NCBI GenBank assembly: GCA_964388115.1
Contig: CAYLYK010000004.1
Location: 150,975 to 214,974 of the forward strand
Direction: 5' to 3'
From: an uncultured Hyphomicrobiales bacterium
Lineage (GTDB): Bacteria; Pseudomonadota; Alphaproteobacteria; Reyranellales; JAQSWP01
Length of the DNA: 64,000 nt
The notes beneath the pieces are model-generated. The model ran no database searches. It was not told the origin of the DNA and saw nothing but the letters and a program-made list of their open reading frames with translations. Positions 9,343-19,642 of the stretch are shown piece by piece. Each line of letters begins with the position of its first letter. Position 1 is the stretch's first letter. The position numbers and the translations under genes were made by a program.

Positions 9343-10764
9343 ATGGCGGCGGGGCGTAGCGGCAAAGCAAAATCGGTCACGTCGGCGAAAGTTGGCCCAA
9401 AGCTGAAGGTTGCGCACAGCGAACGGGGCATGGCCTTGACCATGGCTGCCCGCCCGCGCGACGAATTGATCCGAAGCTGGGACATCGCCCATGCTCTGGA
9501 AATCAAGCCGGCGCTCGATAACGAACGCCTGGCCCGCGCCTTCCAGCACATCATCCATCTCCATCCGCGCCTGCGCGCCGTCTATCGGGTCGCGAACGAC
9601 GACGTAAGCGTCCGGCTCCTGCCGCCGCAGAAATTCACTCTGGGGACGGTGGATGCCTCGGCGCTGCCGGAGCCCGACTTCCTGGTCATGCTCCGAGAAC
9701 TCGCCGCAAAATCCTGGGATATCGAACGCGGCCCCTTGATTGACGTCACCGCCATCGCGCGACCCCGCAATCGCATGGTGCTGTTGCTGCGCGTGCATCA
9801 TCTGGTGGTCGATGGCTGGTCGATCGAGGTCTTGCTGCGCGACATGATGATGTACTACGTGGGCTTCGTGAGCGCAGCGCAGAAGCCGCCGGGATTCGAC
9901 GCCTTCATCGAATGGGAAGAGAAATTCATCGCCTCTCCCGCCGGGCGCGATCAACGCGCCTTCTGGCGCAAGCGCCTGGCAGGACTCGGGCCACGGCTGA
10001 AATTGCCTTATGACCGCCAGCCCTCGTCGGCGACGATCTCCAGTTCGGCCGTGCATAATTTCCTGATCGACAGGACGTTGACGGGCAAGGTCCAAGCCTT
10101 GGCGAAGCGCGGCGGCGTATCGGTTTTTGCCGTGCTCCTCGCCGCCTTTCAGACGCTCCTGTCGGGACTGAGCGGCCGCAACGACATTCCCATCACCACC
10201 ACGATGGCGCGCCGCACGAAGGGCGAATTCACCAACACGGTCGGCCTTATCGCCAATCTCGTCGCCTTGCGCGGCACGGTGGCGGACGACGTGGCGTTTG
10301 GCCGGCAGGTAGCGTTGGCGGGCCGGGTCATCGTCGAAGCGCTGGCCAATCAGGAGCTGCACGTCAAGATAGTCGCCGACGATCTGGCGGCCGGTAGCCT
10401 CGACCAGGCCGGCAACATAGGCGTCGGCGATACCGCCTTCGATCAGGTGGGGCTCTGCATGTTGACGCCCAACGTCAGCGACCTGCCCGATGCCGGCCTG
10501 CGGCTCAAATTCAATCTTGAATCGACCACCAAGGTCGGGCCCTATGAGTTGCGCATGCTGCCCCTGGACCGAAGCGAGTGCACCCGCGACCTTACGCTCT
10601 ATTTCAACGAGCTGGACGGCCAGATTGCCTGCTTTTTCGCCTACTCTGCCGATGTTTTCGACAGAGGCACGATTCAAGGTTTCGCCGACCGATTGCTCGC
10701 CATCTTGCAGCGCGGTTGCGACAAACCTGACCTTGCTTTGCGGGACCTCAAACTTGCTCAATAG
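9343..10764 (+). CDS. Stand-alone NRPS-type condensation (C) domain protein, paralogue 2
   Basis: 'VHHLVVDGWS' core motif. Collinear with paralogue 1. An alternative start at ATG 9430 is possible. Confidence 0.78.
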   Translation: MAAGRSGKAKSVTSAKVGPKLKVAHSERGMALTMAARPRDELIRSWDIAHALEIKPALDNERLARAFQHIIHLHPRLRAVYRVANDDVSVRLLPPQKFTLGTVDASALPEPDFLVMLRELAAKSWDIERGPLIDVTAIARPRNRMVLLLRVHHLVVDGWSIEVLLRDMMMYYVGFVSAAQKPPGFDAFIEWEEKFIASPAGRDQRAFWRKRLAGLGPRLKLPYDRQPSSATISSSAVHNFLIDRTLTGKVQALAKRGGVSVFAVLLAAFQTLLSGLSGRNDIPITTTMARRTKGEFTNTVGLIANLVALRGTVADDVAFGRQVALAGRVIVEALANQELHVKIVADDLAAGSLDQAGNIGVGDTAFDQVGLCMLTPNVSDLPDAGLRLKFNLESTTKVGPYELRMLPLDRSECTRDLTLYFNELDGQIACFFAYSADVFDRGTIQGFADRLLAILQRGCDKPDLALRDLKLAQ

Positions 10765-10791
10765 GCCCGGCCATAGTCTTCAGGAGCAGCC

Positions 10792-11625
10792 ATGCGCGTA
10801 GCGGTCATTACGCCCTATTGCACAGAGTCGAATGACGTTCTTGCGAAATGCCATGACAGTGTGATGTCCCAGAGCCATGCAGTGCGCCATGTCATGGTCG
10901 CCGACGGGCCGCCTAACCCGCGGGTGCAATCCTGGGATGTCGATCATATTTCCCTGCCCCGACTGCATCACGACAACGGCAATCTCGCACGCTGCGTCGG
11001 CGCCTTGCACGCCAAGGCCGAGGGCTATGAAGCGGTTGCCTTCCTCGATGCCGACAACTGGTACCGACCGGAACATATTGCCCTGATGGTCGGGTTGCAG
11101 CGCTCGACCGGAGCGCAGGTCTGCACCGCGGCGCGCTCGCTTTACCGGCTCGATGGCTCGCTGATGCGCGAAGTGGATGCCGAGTCCGATGGTTCGGGTT
11201 TTGCAGATACAAGCTGCATGTTCATCCATGCCTCGGCTTTTGAAACCCTGCCCCTGTGGGCGCAGATGCCGGTCGAGATGTCGCCGGTCTGTGATCGCGT
11301 CGTATGGATGGCGATATTGCTGCGCGGCCTGCGCCGCGCCCATTCGCCCCTGCAAACCGTCGCCTTCCGCACCCGCTATGCCCACGCCTACCGTTCCATG
11401 GGCGAAACGCCGCCCGTGGAGGCCAAGGAAGACAGCACCTTCCTTCCCGCTTTCGGTTACTGGGCGCGCATGACGCCCCGCGCACGGGTGCAATTGATCT
11501 TTGGCGCCGCCCCCGCACAGGAATCGGCTTTGGCGGAATTGGACCGGACGATCCTTAATTCGGGTATCATCGATCGCCCCTCCGAAGGAATCCCCGTGGA
11601 AGCTGCGCTCGCCGTCCATCAATGA
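10792..11625 (+). CDS. GT-A fold / family 2-like glycosyltransferase
   Basis: 'MRVAVITPYC' N-terminus and 'FLDADNWY' DxD motif. AGGAG RBS. Confidence 0.65.
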   Translation: MRVAVITPYCTESNDVLAKCHDSVMSQSHAVRHVMVADGPPNPRVQSWDVDHISLPRLHHDNGNLARCVGALHAKAEGYEAVAFLDADNWYRPEHIALMVGLQRSTGAQVCTAARSLYRLDGSLMREVDAESDGSGFADTSCMFIHASAFETLPLWAQMPVEMSPVCDRVVWMAILLRGLRRAHSPLQTVAFRTRYAHAYRSMGETPPVEAKEDSTFLPAFGYWARMTPRARVQLIFGAAPAQESALAELDRTILNSGIIDRPSEGIPVEAALAVHQ

Positions 11626-12644
11626 CCGTCCGGACCATCAACGTGGCCCTGCAAGGCGGCGGCGCCCATGGCGCCTTCACCTGGGGCGTGCTGGACCGGC
11701 TGCTGGAAGACGAACGCATCGCCATCGAAGGCATCTCCGGCACTTCCGCCGGCGCGGTCAATGCCGTGGTGTTGGCGCAAGGCTTCGCCGATGGCGGCAA
11801 GGACGGCGCGCGCGCAGCACTCGACGATTTCTGGAGCGACCTGGCGAATTTCGCGCCCTTCTCGCCGGCGCAACGCACCTTCTACGATTGGCTGACGGGC
11901 AACTGGAATCTGGACCGCTCGCCCGCCGCGCTGATCTTCGACATGTTCACCCGGCTGGTCTCGCCCTACGAGGGCAATCCCGCCAACCTCAATGGCTTGC
12001 GTACGCTGCTGGCCGACCGGGTCGATCTGGCGAAAGTGCGCGCCTGTCATCCGTTGAAGCTGTTCATTTCCGCCACATCGGTGCGGACCGGCAAGGGCCG
12101 CGTCTTCCAGGGAAAGGACATCACGCTCGACGCCATTCTCGCTTCCGCCTGCCTGCCGACGGTGTTCCAGGCGGTGATGATCGATGGCGAGCCCTATTGG
12201 GATGGCGGCTATATGGGTAATCCGGCCATCTGGCCGTTGATCTACGGCTGCGACAGCCGCGATGTCGCCATCGTGCAGATCAATCCGCTGACGCGCGACA
12301 AGGTCCCGCACAGTTCCGCCGAGATCATGAACCGGCTGAACGAGATCACCTTCAACTCCGCCCTGATCGGCGAAATGCGCGCCATCGCCACCGTGCAACG
12401 GCTGATCGAAAACGGTGAGTTGACCGAGACCGCCACCGGCAGGCTGAAGAAGATGCTGATCCATCTCATCAGCGATCCGGTCGAAATGCAGGAACTGGGC
12501 GTGGCCAGCAAGTTCAACCTCAACCGCGATTTCCTGCAGCATCTGAAATCGGTCGGCCGCAACGCGACGGAGCGCTGGCTCGAGACCAACTATGCCAAGC
12601 TCGGCATGGAATCCAGCATCGACATACGCGCCACTTTCCTGTGA
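11622..12644 (+). CDS. Patatin-like phospholipase family protein
   Basis: 'LQGGGAHGAF' (GGGxxG oxyanion hole), 'GTSAG' (GxSxG), 'WDGGY' (catalytic Asp). The ATGA overlaps the preceding stop codon. Confidence 0.85.
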   Translation: MTVRTINVALQGGGAHGAFTWGVLDRLLEDERIAIEGISGTSAGAVNAVVLAQGFADGGKDGARAALDDFWSDLANFAPFSPAQRTFYDWLTGNWNLDRSPAALIFDMFTRLVSPYEGNPANLNGLRTLLADRVDLAKVRACHPLKLFISATSVRTGKGRVFQGKDITLDAILASACLPTVFQAVMIDGEPYWDGGYMGNPAIWPLIYGCDSRDVAIVQINPLTRDKVPHSSAEIMNRLNEITFNSALIGEMRAIATVQRLIENGELTETATGRLKKMLIHLISDPVEMQELGVASKFNLNRDFLQHLKSVGRNATERWLETNYAKLGMESSIDIRATFL

Positions 12645-12648
12645 CTGC

Positions 12649-13545
12649 ATGCGCATCGGCATCGACCTCGGCGGCACCAAGATCGAAGGCATCGCTCTCG
12701 ACCGCGATGGACGCGAACTCGCGCGCCGTCGCATCGCCACGCCGCAGGGCCCCTATGAAGAAACCATTGCGGCCATCGCCGATATCGTCGCCTGGCTGGA
12801 GCGCAAGACGGGACAGCGCGGCAGCGTCGGCGTCGGCACGCCGGGCGCCATATCGCCGGCAACGGGCCTCATCAAGAACGCCAACTCGACGCGGCTGATC
12901 GGCCACCCTCTGGATCGCGATCTGGAAGCGGCGCTGGGCCGCAAAGTGCGCATCGCCAACGACGCCAATTGTTTTGCCGTATCGGAAGCGGTCGATGGCG
13001 CTGCAGCGGGCGCTGCGGTCGTGTTCGGCGTCATCCTGGGCACCGGCTGCGGCGGCGGTATCGCGATCGAGGGGCGCGTCGTCACCGGCGCCAATGCCAT
13101 CGCCGGCGAGTGGGGACACAATCCCCTGCCGCAGCCGAGGCCGGATGAACAACCCGGACCCGCCTGCTATTGCGGCCGCTCCGGCTGCATCGAAACATTT
13201 CTTTCAGGGCCGGGGCTGGCGCAGGATCACGTTCGCCACGGCGGATCGGCCCTGAGCGCGACGGAAATAGTCGCCCGCGCCGATGCCGGCGATGGCGCCT
13301 GCCAGGCAACGCTTGATCGCTACATCGACCGCCTGGCGCGCGGCCTGGGGTCGGTCATCAACATTATCGATCCCGATTGCATCGTGCTGGGCGGCGGCAT
13401 GTCGAACTGCAAGCAGCTTTACGACAAAGTGCCGGCTCGCTGGGGTCGTTACATTTTCTCCGACGCGGTCAGCACCAGATTGTTGCCGCCCAGACACGGC
13501 GATTCCAGCGGCGTTCGCGGCGCAGCCTGGCTGTGGAACGACTAG
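12649..13545 (+). CDS. ROK family sugar kinase (N-acetylglucosamine kinase/fructokinase-like)
   Basis: 'MRIGIDLGGTK' ATP-binding motif. 'CYCGRSGCIE' ROK zinc motif. Trimmed from 12592 to ATG 12649. Confidence 0.85.
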   Translation: MRIGIDLGGTKIEGIALDRDGRELARRRIATPQGPYEETIAAIADIVAWLERKTGQRGSVGVGTPGAISPATGLIKNANSTRLIGHPLDRDLEAALGRKVRIANDANCFAVSEAVDGAAAGAAVVFGVILGTGCGGGIAIEGRVVTGANAIAGEWGHNPLPQPRPDEQPGPACYCGRSGCIETFLSGPGLAQDHVRHGGSALSATEIVARADAGDGACQATLDRYIDRLARGLGSVINIIDPDCIVLGGGMSNCKQLYDKVPARWGRYIFSDAVSTRLLPPRHGDSSGVRGAAWLWND

Positions 13546-13555
13546 AAGATCGGCG

Positions 13556-14365
13556 CTATTTGCACTTGGGCTTGGGCAGATCCTCGATCGTTGCCAGCTT
13601 GCCGTGCACGGTGAAGTCGCCGTAGTCGAGCGTGATGGCCCGCGCCACGCCATTGGCGAGAAGCTCGACCGTCATTTCGTACTCGGGCTGATCTTCACGC
13701 TTGCTCGCGGGGAAGAAGGCCAGGTGCACCATCCACAATTGCTGGTTCTGCAACAACGCGTGTTTCACATCGGTATCGGTCTTCGGCTGCGTGCCGGTGA
13801 TGACCGCATTGACGTCGAAGGCGCCTTCCAGCCGGCCGCCGTCGAACACCGGGCGCAGCAAGCCGAAATCGCCCGCCTTGGCCCGATCGATCAGCGCGGC
13901 GGTGTGCGCGGTCGGAAACAGCGTGCCCTTGGGCAGGGCGAATTCCTTTTTCTCGGGCTCGTTGAACACCGCGCGTCCGTCGCCGCGGCTGTTCTCGAAT
14001 GTCGCCGTGCCGCGCAGCTGCTCGTCGGGACTGCCGTCCTCGATGTTGCGCACCGTGAAGCGATAGTTCAGCCCGTCCTTGGATTCGAAACTGGCGTAGC
14101 TGGTGTCGGCCTCGACCTGTTCGGCGTCGGAGCGGGAATAGGTCAGCCGCATGCGCTGGTTGACCTCCCAGCCGTCGCAGGATTCGCCGGTCTCGATCAC
14201 CATGGCGCCGCGCACGTCGAGGATCGTGCTGCCGCGCTTGGCGACCCCCAAGCGCATGTCGTAGATGGCGCGGTGCGGCGCCAGATCGGCAGCCAGCGCG
14301 GAAGAGGTAACGAACGCAAAAGCGGCCAAAGCCGCAAAACCGGTGGAAACGCTGCGCAAAACCAT
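13556..14365 (-). CDS. Periplasmic DUF1849 / EipB-like cell-envelope integrity protein
   Basis: Signal peptide ending 'SSALAA'. Overall resemblance to DUF1849 proteins, recalled from memory and not searched. Confidence 0.6.
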   Translation of the reverse strand: MVLRSVSTGFAALAAFAFVTSSALAADLAPHRAIYDMRLGVAKRGSTILDVRGAMVIETGESCDGWEVNQRMRLTYSRSDAEQVEADTSYASFESKDGLNYRFTVRNIEDGSPDEQLRGTATFENSRGDGRAVFNEPEKKEFALPKGTLFPTAHTAALIDRAKAGDFGLLRPVFDGGRLEGAFDVNAVITGTQPKTDTDVKHALLQNQQLWMVHLAFFPASKREDQPEYEMTVELLANGVARAITLDYGDFTVHGKLATIEDLPKPKCK

Positions 14366-14466
14366 CTGGAAAAATCGACACCCGCACCTGCGGCAACGCG
14401 GTTTGCATCGCCATTCCAGCTAACGTAGAGAAGGCCCTGCCAAGCGTCCAGCGCAAGAGGTCCGGT

Positions 14467-15438
14467 ATGGCAAAACGTCCCGTCGTCGTCACCACGCGAC
14501 ACTTCCCCGAAGCCGTCGAAGCCCGCCTGCAGGCGCTTTTCGACGCCAGGCTGAACCCGGAAGACAAAGCCCTGTCGAACGACGAGTTGATCGCCCGCAC
14601 CCAAGGCGCGGACGGGCTGATGGTGGCGGCCACCGGCAAGGTCGATGCCGAGCTGATCGCCCGCCTGCCGCCAAGCATTCGGATAATCGCCACGTTTTCA
14701 GTCGGTTATGAGCATATCGACGTCGCGGCCGCCGAACGGCGCGGCATCGCGGTGACCAACACCCCGGACGTGCTGACCGACGCCACCGCGGAGATCGCCC
14801 TTCTTCTGCTTCTGGGGGCAGCCAGGCGGGCGCATGAAGGCGCCGCCATGCTGCGCCAGAACCAGTGGACCGGCTGGACCCCCACGCAGCTCATGGGTAT
14901 TGGTCTGACCGGCAAGCGGCTGGGCATCGTCGGCATGGGCCGTATCGGCCAGGCCATGGCTCAGCGGGCGCGCGCCAACGGCATGGAAATCCACTACTAC
15001 AACCGCACCCGCCTGCCGACCGATCAGGAACAGGGTGCCACGTACTATTCCACCGTCGAGGCCTTGCTGCCGCAGGCGCAATTCCTCTCCCTGCACTGCC
15101 CGCTGACGCCGCAGACCGCCAAGCTGATGGATGCGCGGCGCATCGCGATGCTGCCCGATGGCGCAGTGCTGGTGAATACCGCGCGCGGCGGCATCGTCGA
15201 TGACAATGCGCTGATCGCGGCCCTGAAATCAGGCAAGCTGGCGGCGGCGGGGCTGGACGTGTTCGACGGCGAGCCCAAGGTCGATCCGCGCTATTTCGCC
15301 ATCGAAAACGTGTTCATCCTGCCGCATATGGGCTCGGCCACCATCGAGACGCGCAACGCCATGGGCTTCCGCGCCATCGAAAATCTCAAGACGCTGCTGA
15401 TCGACGGCAAGGAGCCGCCGCATCGGGTGCGAGCTTAA
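14467..15438 (+). CDS. D-isomer-specific 2-hydroxyacid dehydrogenase (glyoxylate/hydroxypyruvate reductase-like)
   Basis: 'LGIVGMGRIGQAMAQRA' NAD-binding motif. 'NTARGGIVD' and 'PHMGSAT' catalytic-region motifs. Confidence 0.9.
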   Translation: MAKRPVVVTTRHFPEAVEARLQALFDARLNPEDKALSNDELIARTQGADGLMVAATGKVDAELIARLPPSIRIIATFSVGYEHIDVAAAERRGIAVTNTPDVLTDATAEIALLLLLGAARRAHEGAAMLRQNQWTGWTPTQLMGIGLTGKRLGIVGMGRIGQAMAQRARANGMEIHYYNRTRLPTDQEQGATYYSTVEALLPQAQFLSLHCPLTPQTAKLMDARRIAMLPDGAVLVNTARGGIVDDNALIAALKSGKLAAAGLDVFDGEPKVDPRYFAIENVFILPHMGSATIETRNAMGFRAIENLKTLLIDGKEPPHRVRA

Positions 15439-16340
15439 CCGGCGTTGGGATCGATGCAGCGGCCCGCGGCCTTGCCGGCGCAGGCCGCCGCGGTGAAGGC
15501 ATCGGGTGCGCCCTGGCTCTTCAGCCGCTGCTTGACGGCGGCGGCTTCGGCCGCGCTGTACGGGCCGGCGATGACGCGGGTATAGCGCTCGCCGCGCACC
15601 GTCACTGCCTGCATCGCAGGCTTCAGCGACTGATGCTGGCGCGCGACGCGCCTGGCGTTCTCCTCGACCTTGTAGCTGCCGATGACGACATAGGTCTTGC
15701 CCGATTTGGCCGGCGCTTTTGCCGTCGATGCCACGGCCGCAGGCTTGGCGACAGGCGCCGGGGTCGCAACGACGGGAGCGGACGGCGCCGGCGCGGCCTG
15801 GACGGTCGGCGGCGCCAATTGCACCGGCTGGTTGGTGGACGCCGGTGCCGGCGCAACAGCTGGCAGCGGTGCGCTGGTGACATCGCTCATGGTGCGATTG
15901 GCCGGGCCGACAATGTCGCGACCGCTGGTCACCGGCTGGCCCATGCCGGCCTGCGCCATCTGAATGCGATCGGCCTTTTGCTGTTTGGCGATCTGCGCAT
16001 CGCGCATTGCCTGATCACGCTTGCGCATGTCGTCGTTGAGGTTGGCGGTAAAGCCGGCGTCGGTGGAATCGACCGCGACCTGCACCTCGCCCGGATCGCG
16101 CCAGTCGTCGTACGGATCCTTGCCGTCGGCGAACTCCTGGCAGACCGGCTCGTTCTTCACCACCCGCCACACCGCGCAATCGCGCTTCTCGGCCATCGAC
16201 AGGAGATGGTCGGTCGAGGTCTTGCCCGACGTCATCAACAGGACGCCATCGGCGGCGTAGGAAGCGATCACAAGAGCCGGCGGCAGGGCGCAGCCGGACA
16301 GCGGGATAATCACTGCAAGGGGAAGGATGCGTCGCAACAT
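15435..16340 (-). CDS. SPOR domain-containing lipoprotein
   Basis: Lipobox 'PLSGC' after 'MLRRILPLAVII'. Pro/Ala-rich linker. C-terminal SPOR-like 'YVVIGSYKVEENARRVA...RVIAGPY'. AAGGAGA RBS before ATG 16340. Confidence 0.75.
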   Translation of the reverse strand: MLRRILPLAVIIPLSGCALPPALVIASYAADGVLLMTSGKTSTDHLLSMAEKRDCAVWRVVKNEPVCQEFADGKDPYDDWRDPGEVQVAVDSTDAGFTANLNDDMRKRDQAMRDAQIAKQQKADRIQMAQAGMGQPVTSGRDIVGPANRTMSDVTSAPLPAVAPAPASTNQPVQLAPPTVQAAPAPSAPVVATPAPVAKPAAVASTAKAPAKSGKTYVVIGSYKVEENARRVARQHQSLKPAMQAVTVRGERYTRVIAGPYSAAEAAAVKQRLKSQGAPDAFTAAACAGKAAGRCIDPNAG

Positions 16341-16370
16341 CTGGGTCTCCTTCGGAGCCTGATGCGACAC

Positions 16371-16406
16371 ATTATAAACGATTTTCAAGCAATTGAAATT
16401 GCTTGA
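16371..16406 (-). promoter_or_regulatory. Perfect TATAAT (minus strand, 16376-16371) plus 22-bp palindrome TCAAGCAATT-GA-AATTGCTTGA (16385-16406) upstream of the SPOR gene
   Basis: Read directly. The palindrome overlaps the expected -35 position. It could alternatively be the aspS 3-prime hairpin. Confidence 0.35.
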
Positions 16407-16476
16407 TTCAATTAGTAGTAGGGAAATACCGCCTCTGGCCGACAACTACCGCAAGCCCATGAATGGACTGCGAAAA

Positions 16477-18273
16477 TCAGTCCTTCTTGGGCGGCAGAGC
16501 CAAACGGATGTAAAGCTCGCGCAAACGCTCCATCGGCACTTCGGCCGGCGCCTGCATCAGCAGATCCATGGCCTGCTGGTTCATCGGGAAGGCGATGACC
16601 TGACGGATATTGGGCTCGTCGGCCAGCAGCATGACGATGCGGTCGACGCCTGGCGCGGAGCCACCATGCGGCGGGGCGCCGAACTTGAAGGCGTTGAGCA
16701 TGCCGCCGAACCGGCTCTCGACGTCCTCGCGGCTGTAGCCCGCGATCTCGAAAGCGCGATACATGATCTCCGGCTTGTGGTTTCGGATGGCGCCGGACGA
16801 CAGCTCGACGCCATTACAGACGATATCGTACTGGAATGCCTTGATGGTCAGCGGGTCCTGGTTGTTCAGCGCGTCGAGCTCGCCCTGCGGCATCGAGAAC
16901 GGGTTGTGGCTGAACTCGATCTTGCCAGTCTTCTCGTCGAGCTCGTACATCGGGAAGTCGGTGATCCAGCAGAAGCGGAACTCGTCCTTGGCGATCAGCT
17001 CAAGCTCCTCGCCCAGCCGCGTGCGCACCGTGCCGGCGAACTTGGCGGCAGCGCCGGGTTTATCGGCGACAAAGAACACCGCATCGCCGTCCTTGGCTTT
17101 GGTCGCCTGACGGATCAGTTCATGGCGCGCTACTTCGAGGTTCTTGGCGATCGGCCCCTTGCCTTCGCCGCCTTCGAATTGGATGTAACCCAGCCCCGCC
17201 ATGCCCTGCTCGCGCGCCCACTCGTTGAGCTTGTCGAAGAAGCTGCGCGGCCGGCCCGCAGCACCCGGCGCGGGGATGGCGCGCACCACGGCCCCTTGCG
17301 CCACGGCGCGGGCGAAGATGCCGAAGCCTGAGTCGCGGAAAGCCTCGGTGACGTCAGCGATTTCGATCGGGTTGCGCAAATCGGGCTTGTCGGAGCCGTA
17401 TTTCAGCATCGACACGTCGAAGGGAATGCGCGGGAACGGATACGGCGTGACCTTGCGCGGCTGCTCGCGATTGAATGCGGCGAACTCGACGAACACGCCA
17501 TGCAGCACCGGCTCGATGGCGGCGAAGACGTCTTCCTGCGTGACGAAGCTCATCTCGAAATCGAGCTGGTAGAATTCGCCCGGCGAGCGGTCGGCGCGGC
17601 TGTCTTCGTCGCGGAAGCAGGGCGCGATCTGGAAGTAGCGATCGAAGCCCGCCACCATCAGCAGCTGCTTGAACTGCTGCGGCGCCTGGGGCAGCGCGTA
17701 GAACTTGCCCGGATGCAAACGGCTCGGCACCAGGAAGTCGCGCGCGCCTTCGGGCGAGGACGCGGTCAGGATCGGCGTCTGGAATTCGGTGAAGCCCTGG
17801 TCGATCATGCGCCGGCGCAGAGATGCGATCACCTGGCTGCGCAGCACGATGTTGCGATGGATCTCGTCGCGGCGCAGATCGAGGAAGCGATAGCGCAGCC
17901 GCGCGTCTTCGGGGTTCTCGGCATCGCCATAGACCTGGATCGGCAGGATATCGGCGGGCGACTGCAGCACGAAATCCTTGACGTGAATCTCGATCTCGCC
18001 GGTGCCGAGCTTGGCGTTGATCGTATCGGCCGAGCGGCGCACCACTTGGCCGGTGACGGTGATGACGCTTTCCTGGCGCGCGCCTTCGACGGCTTTGAAG
18101 CCGGGGTTCGACGAATCGGTGACGCACTGGGTGACGCCGTAATGGTCGCGCAGGTCGATGAACAGCAGATTGCCGTGATCGCGCTTGCGCTGGATCCAGC
18201 CCGAAAGACGGACCGTCTGGCCGACATGCTCGGCCCGCAACTGGCCGCAGGTATGGGTGCGATAGGCGTGCAT
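16477..18273 (-). CDS. aspS: Aspartate--tRNA ligase
   Basis: '[13 protein letters not shown]', '[11 protein letters not shown]', '[19 protein letters not shown]', '[13 protein letters not shown]'. Trimmed to ATG 18273. Confidence 0.95.
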   Translation of the reverse strand: MHAYRTHTCGQLRAEHVGQTVRLSGWIQRKRDHGNLLFIDLRDHYGVTQCVTDSSNPGFKAVEGARQESVITVTGQVVRRSADTINAKLGTGEIEIHVKDFVLQSPADILPIQVYGDAENPEDARLRYRFLDLRRDEIHRNIVLRSQVIASLRRRMIDQGFTEFQTPILTASSPEGARDFLVPSRLHPGKFYALPQAPQQFKQLLMVAGFDRYFQIAPCFRDEDSRADRSPGEFYQLDFEMSFVTQEDVFAAIEPVLHGVFVEFAAFNREQPRKVTPYPFPRIPFDVSMLKYGSDKPDLRNPIEIADVTEAFRDSGFGIFARAVAQGAVVRAIPAPGAAGRPRSFFDKLNEWAREQGMAGLGYIQFEGGEGKGPIAKNLEVARHELIRQATKAKDGDAVFFVADKPGAAAKFAGTVRTRLGEELELIAKDEFRFCWITDFPMYELDEKTGKIEFSHNPFSMPQGELDALNNQDPLTIKAFQYDIVCNGVELSSGAIRNHKPEIMYRAFEIAGYSREDVESRFGGMLNAFKFGAPPHGGSAPGVDRIVMLLADEPNIRQVIAFPMNQQAMDLLMQAPAEVPMERLRELYIRLALPPKKD

Positions 18274-18475
18274 TGGCGAAACCTTCTCGAGGGCGCGGCG
18301 AAAATCGCGCAACCCACTGGAAAACCGGCGCAAAAGGCACGTTTTGCGGGGCTTTGTCAAGCTGACGCCGTGCAAGGAAGCCGCCCGTTTCATGCGCCTT
18401 TGCACCCCTTCCGCCAGCGTGTATGAAGGCTGCCTGAACCAGCCCCTTTCTCCGGCAAAGGCCCCCCGCCCAAGC

Positions 18476-19642
18476 ATGCGTCTGATCACCGAAACGGCCG
18501 AACTGAGCGAATTCTGCGCCAGCCTGGCCAAGGCCAAGTTCGTCACCGTCGATACCGAGTTTATGCGCGAGCGGACCTACTGGCCGATCCTGTGCCTGAT
18601 CCAGCTCGGCGGGCCGGACGATGCGGCCGCGGTCGATGCGCAGGCCGAGGGCATCGACCTGACGCCGGTCTACGAGCTGATGCGCAATCGCGACGTGCTG
18701 AAAGTGTTCCACGCCGCGCGCCAGGATCTGGAAATCTTCCACAAGAACATGGGCGATATGCCCAAGCCCGTGTTCGACACCCAGGTCGCGGCCATGGTGT
18801 GCGGCTTCGGCGACCAGGCCGCCTACGACACGCTGGCCGCCAAGCTCGCCAAGGCGCATATCGACAAATCCAGCCGCTTCACCGACTGGAGCCGCCGACC
18901 GCTTAGCGAACGGCAGCTGCAATACGCCATCGCCGACGTCACGCACCTGCGCGTCGTCTACGAGAAGCTGTCGGCCAAGCTGCAGAAGAACAAGCGCGCC
19001 GACTGGCTCGTCGAGGAAATGGCGCTTCTCACCGATCCGGAAACCTATTCGATGGACCCGCGCGAGGCGTGGCGGCGGCTGAAGCCGCGGGCGCCGAGCC
19101 AGAAGCTGCTGCGCGTGCTGCGCGAGATCGCCGACTGGCGCGAGCGTGAGGCACAGCGGCTCGACATTCCGCGCAACCGCGTGCTGCGCGACGAATCGGT
19201 GCTGGAGATCGCAGCCCACGCGCCGACCAATGCCGAGGAGCTCGCGCGCACGCGCGGGCTGTCGCGCGGCATGGTCGAGGGCAAGCAGGGCGCGGCCATC
19301 CTCGCCGCCGTGCAGCTTGGACTTGAGAGCAAGGACAATCTGGAAAGCGACCGGCCCGGCAACGGCCAGCGCATCGTGGCGCCGCCGGCGGTGTCGGACA
19401 TGCTGAAAGTGCTGCTGAAGCTGAAATGCGATTCCGAAGGCGTGGCGCCCAAGCTGATCGCCTCATCGCGCGAGGTCGAGTTGATCGCCGCCGACGACAA
19501 TGCCGACGTCCCTGCCCTGCATGGCTGGCGGCGCGAGATTTTCGGCGAGGACGCGCTGAAGCTGAAGCACGGCCGGCTGGGGCTGGTGATCCGCGACCAG
19601 CAATTGGCGCTGATCGACATGGACCAAATCGAAAAGAGCTAG
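18476..19642 (+). CDS. rnd: Ribonuclease D
   Basis: '[22 protein letters not shown]' DEDD exonuclease motif I. 'YAIADVTHL'. HRDC-like C-terminal region. Trimmed to ATG 18476. Confidence 0.9.
   Translation: MRLITETAELSEFCASLAKAKFVTVDTEFMRERTYWPILCLIQLGGPDDAAAVDAQAEGIDLTPVYELMRNRDVLKVFHAARQDLEIFHKNMGDMPKPVFDTQVAAMVCGFGDQAAYDTLAAKLAKAHIDKSSRFTDWSRRPLSERQLQYAIADVTHLRVVYEKLSAKLQKNKRADWLVEEMALLTDPETYSMDPREAWRRLKPRAPSQKLLRVLREIADWREREAQRLDIPRNRVLRDESVLEIAAHAPTNAEELARTRGLSRGMVEGKQGAAILAAVQLGLESKDNLESDRPGNGQRIVAPPAVSDMLKVLLKLKCDSEGVAPKLIASSREVELIAADDNADVPALHGWRREIFGEDALKLKHGRLGLVIRDQQLALIDMDQIEKS

Noticed and set aside
11622-12644. Patatin-like gene as a CBASS/defence effector (CapV-like)
   Set aside because: No cyclase (CD-NTase), SMODS, SAVED or other defence partner is nearby. 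The neighbours are metabolic-type genes, so a lipid-metabolism role is more parsimonious.
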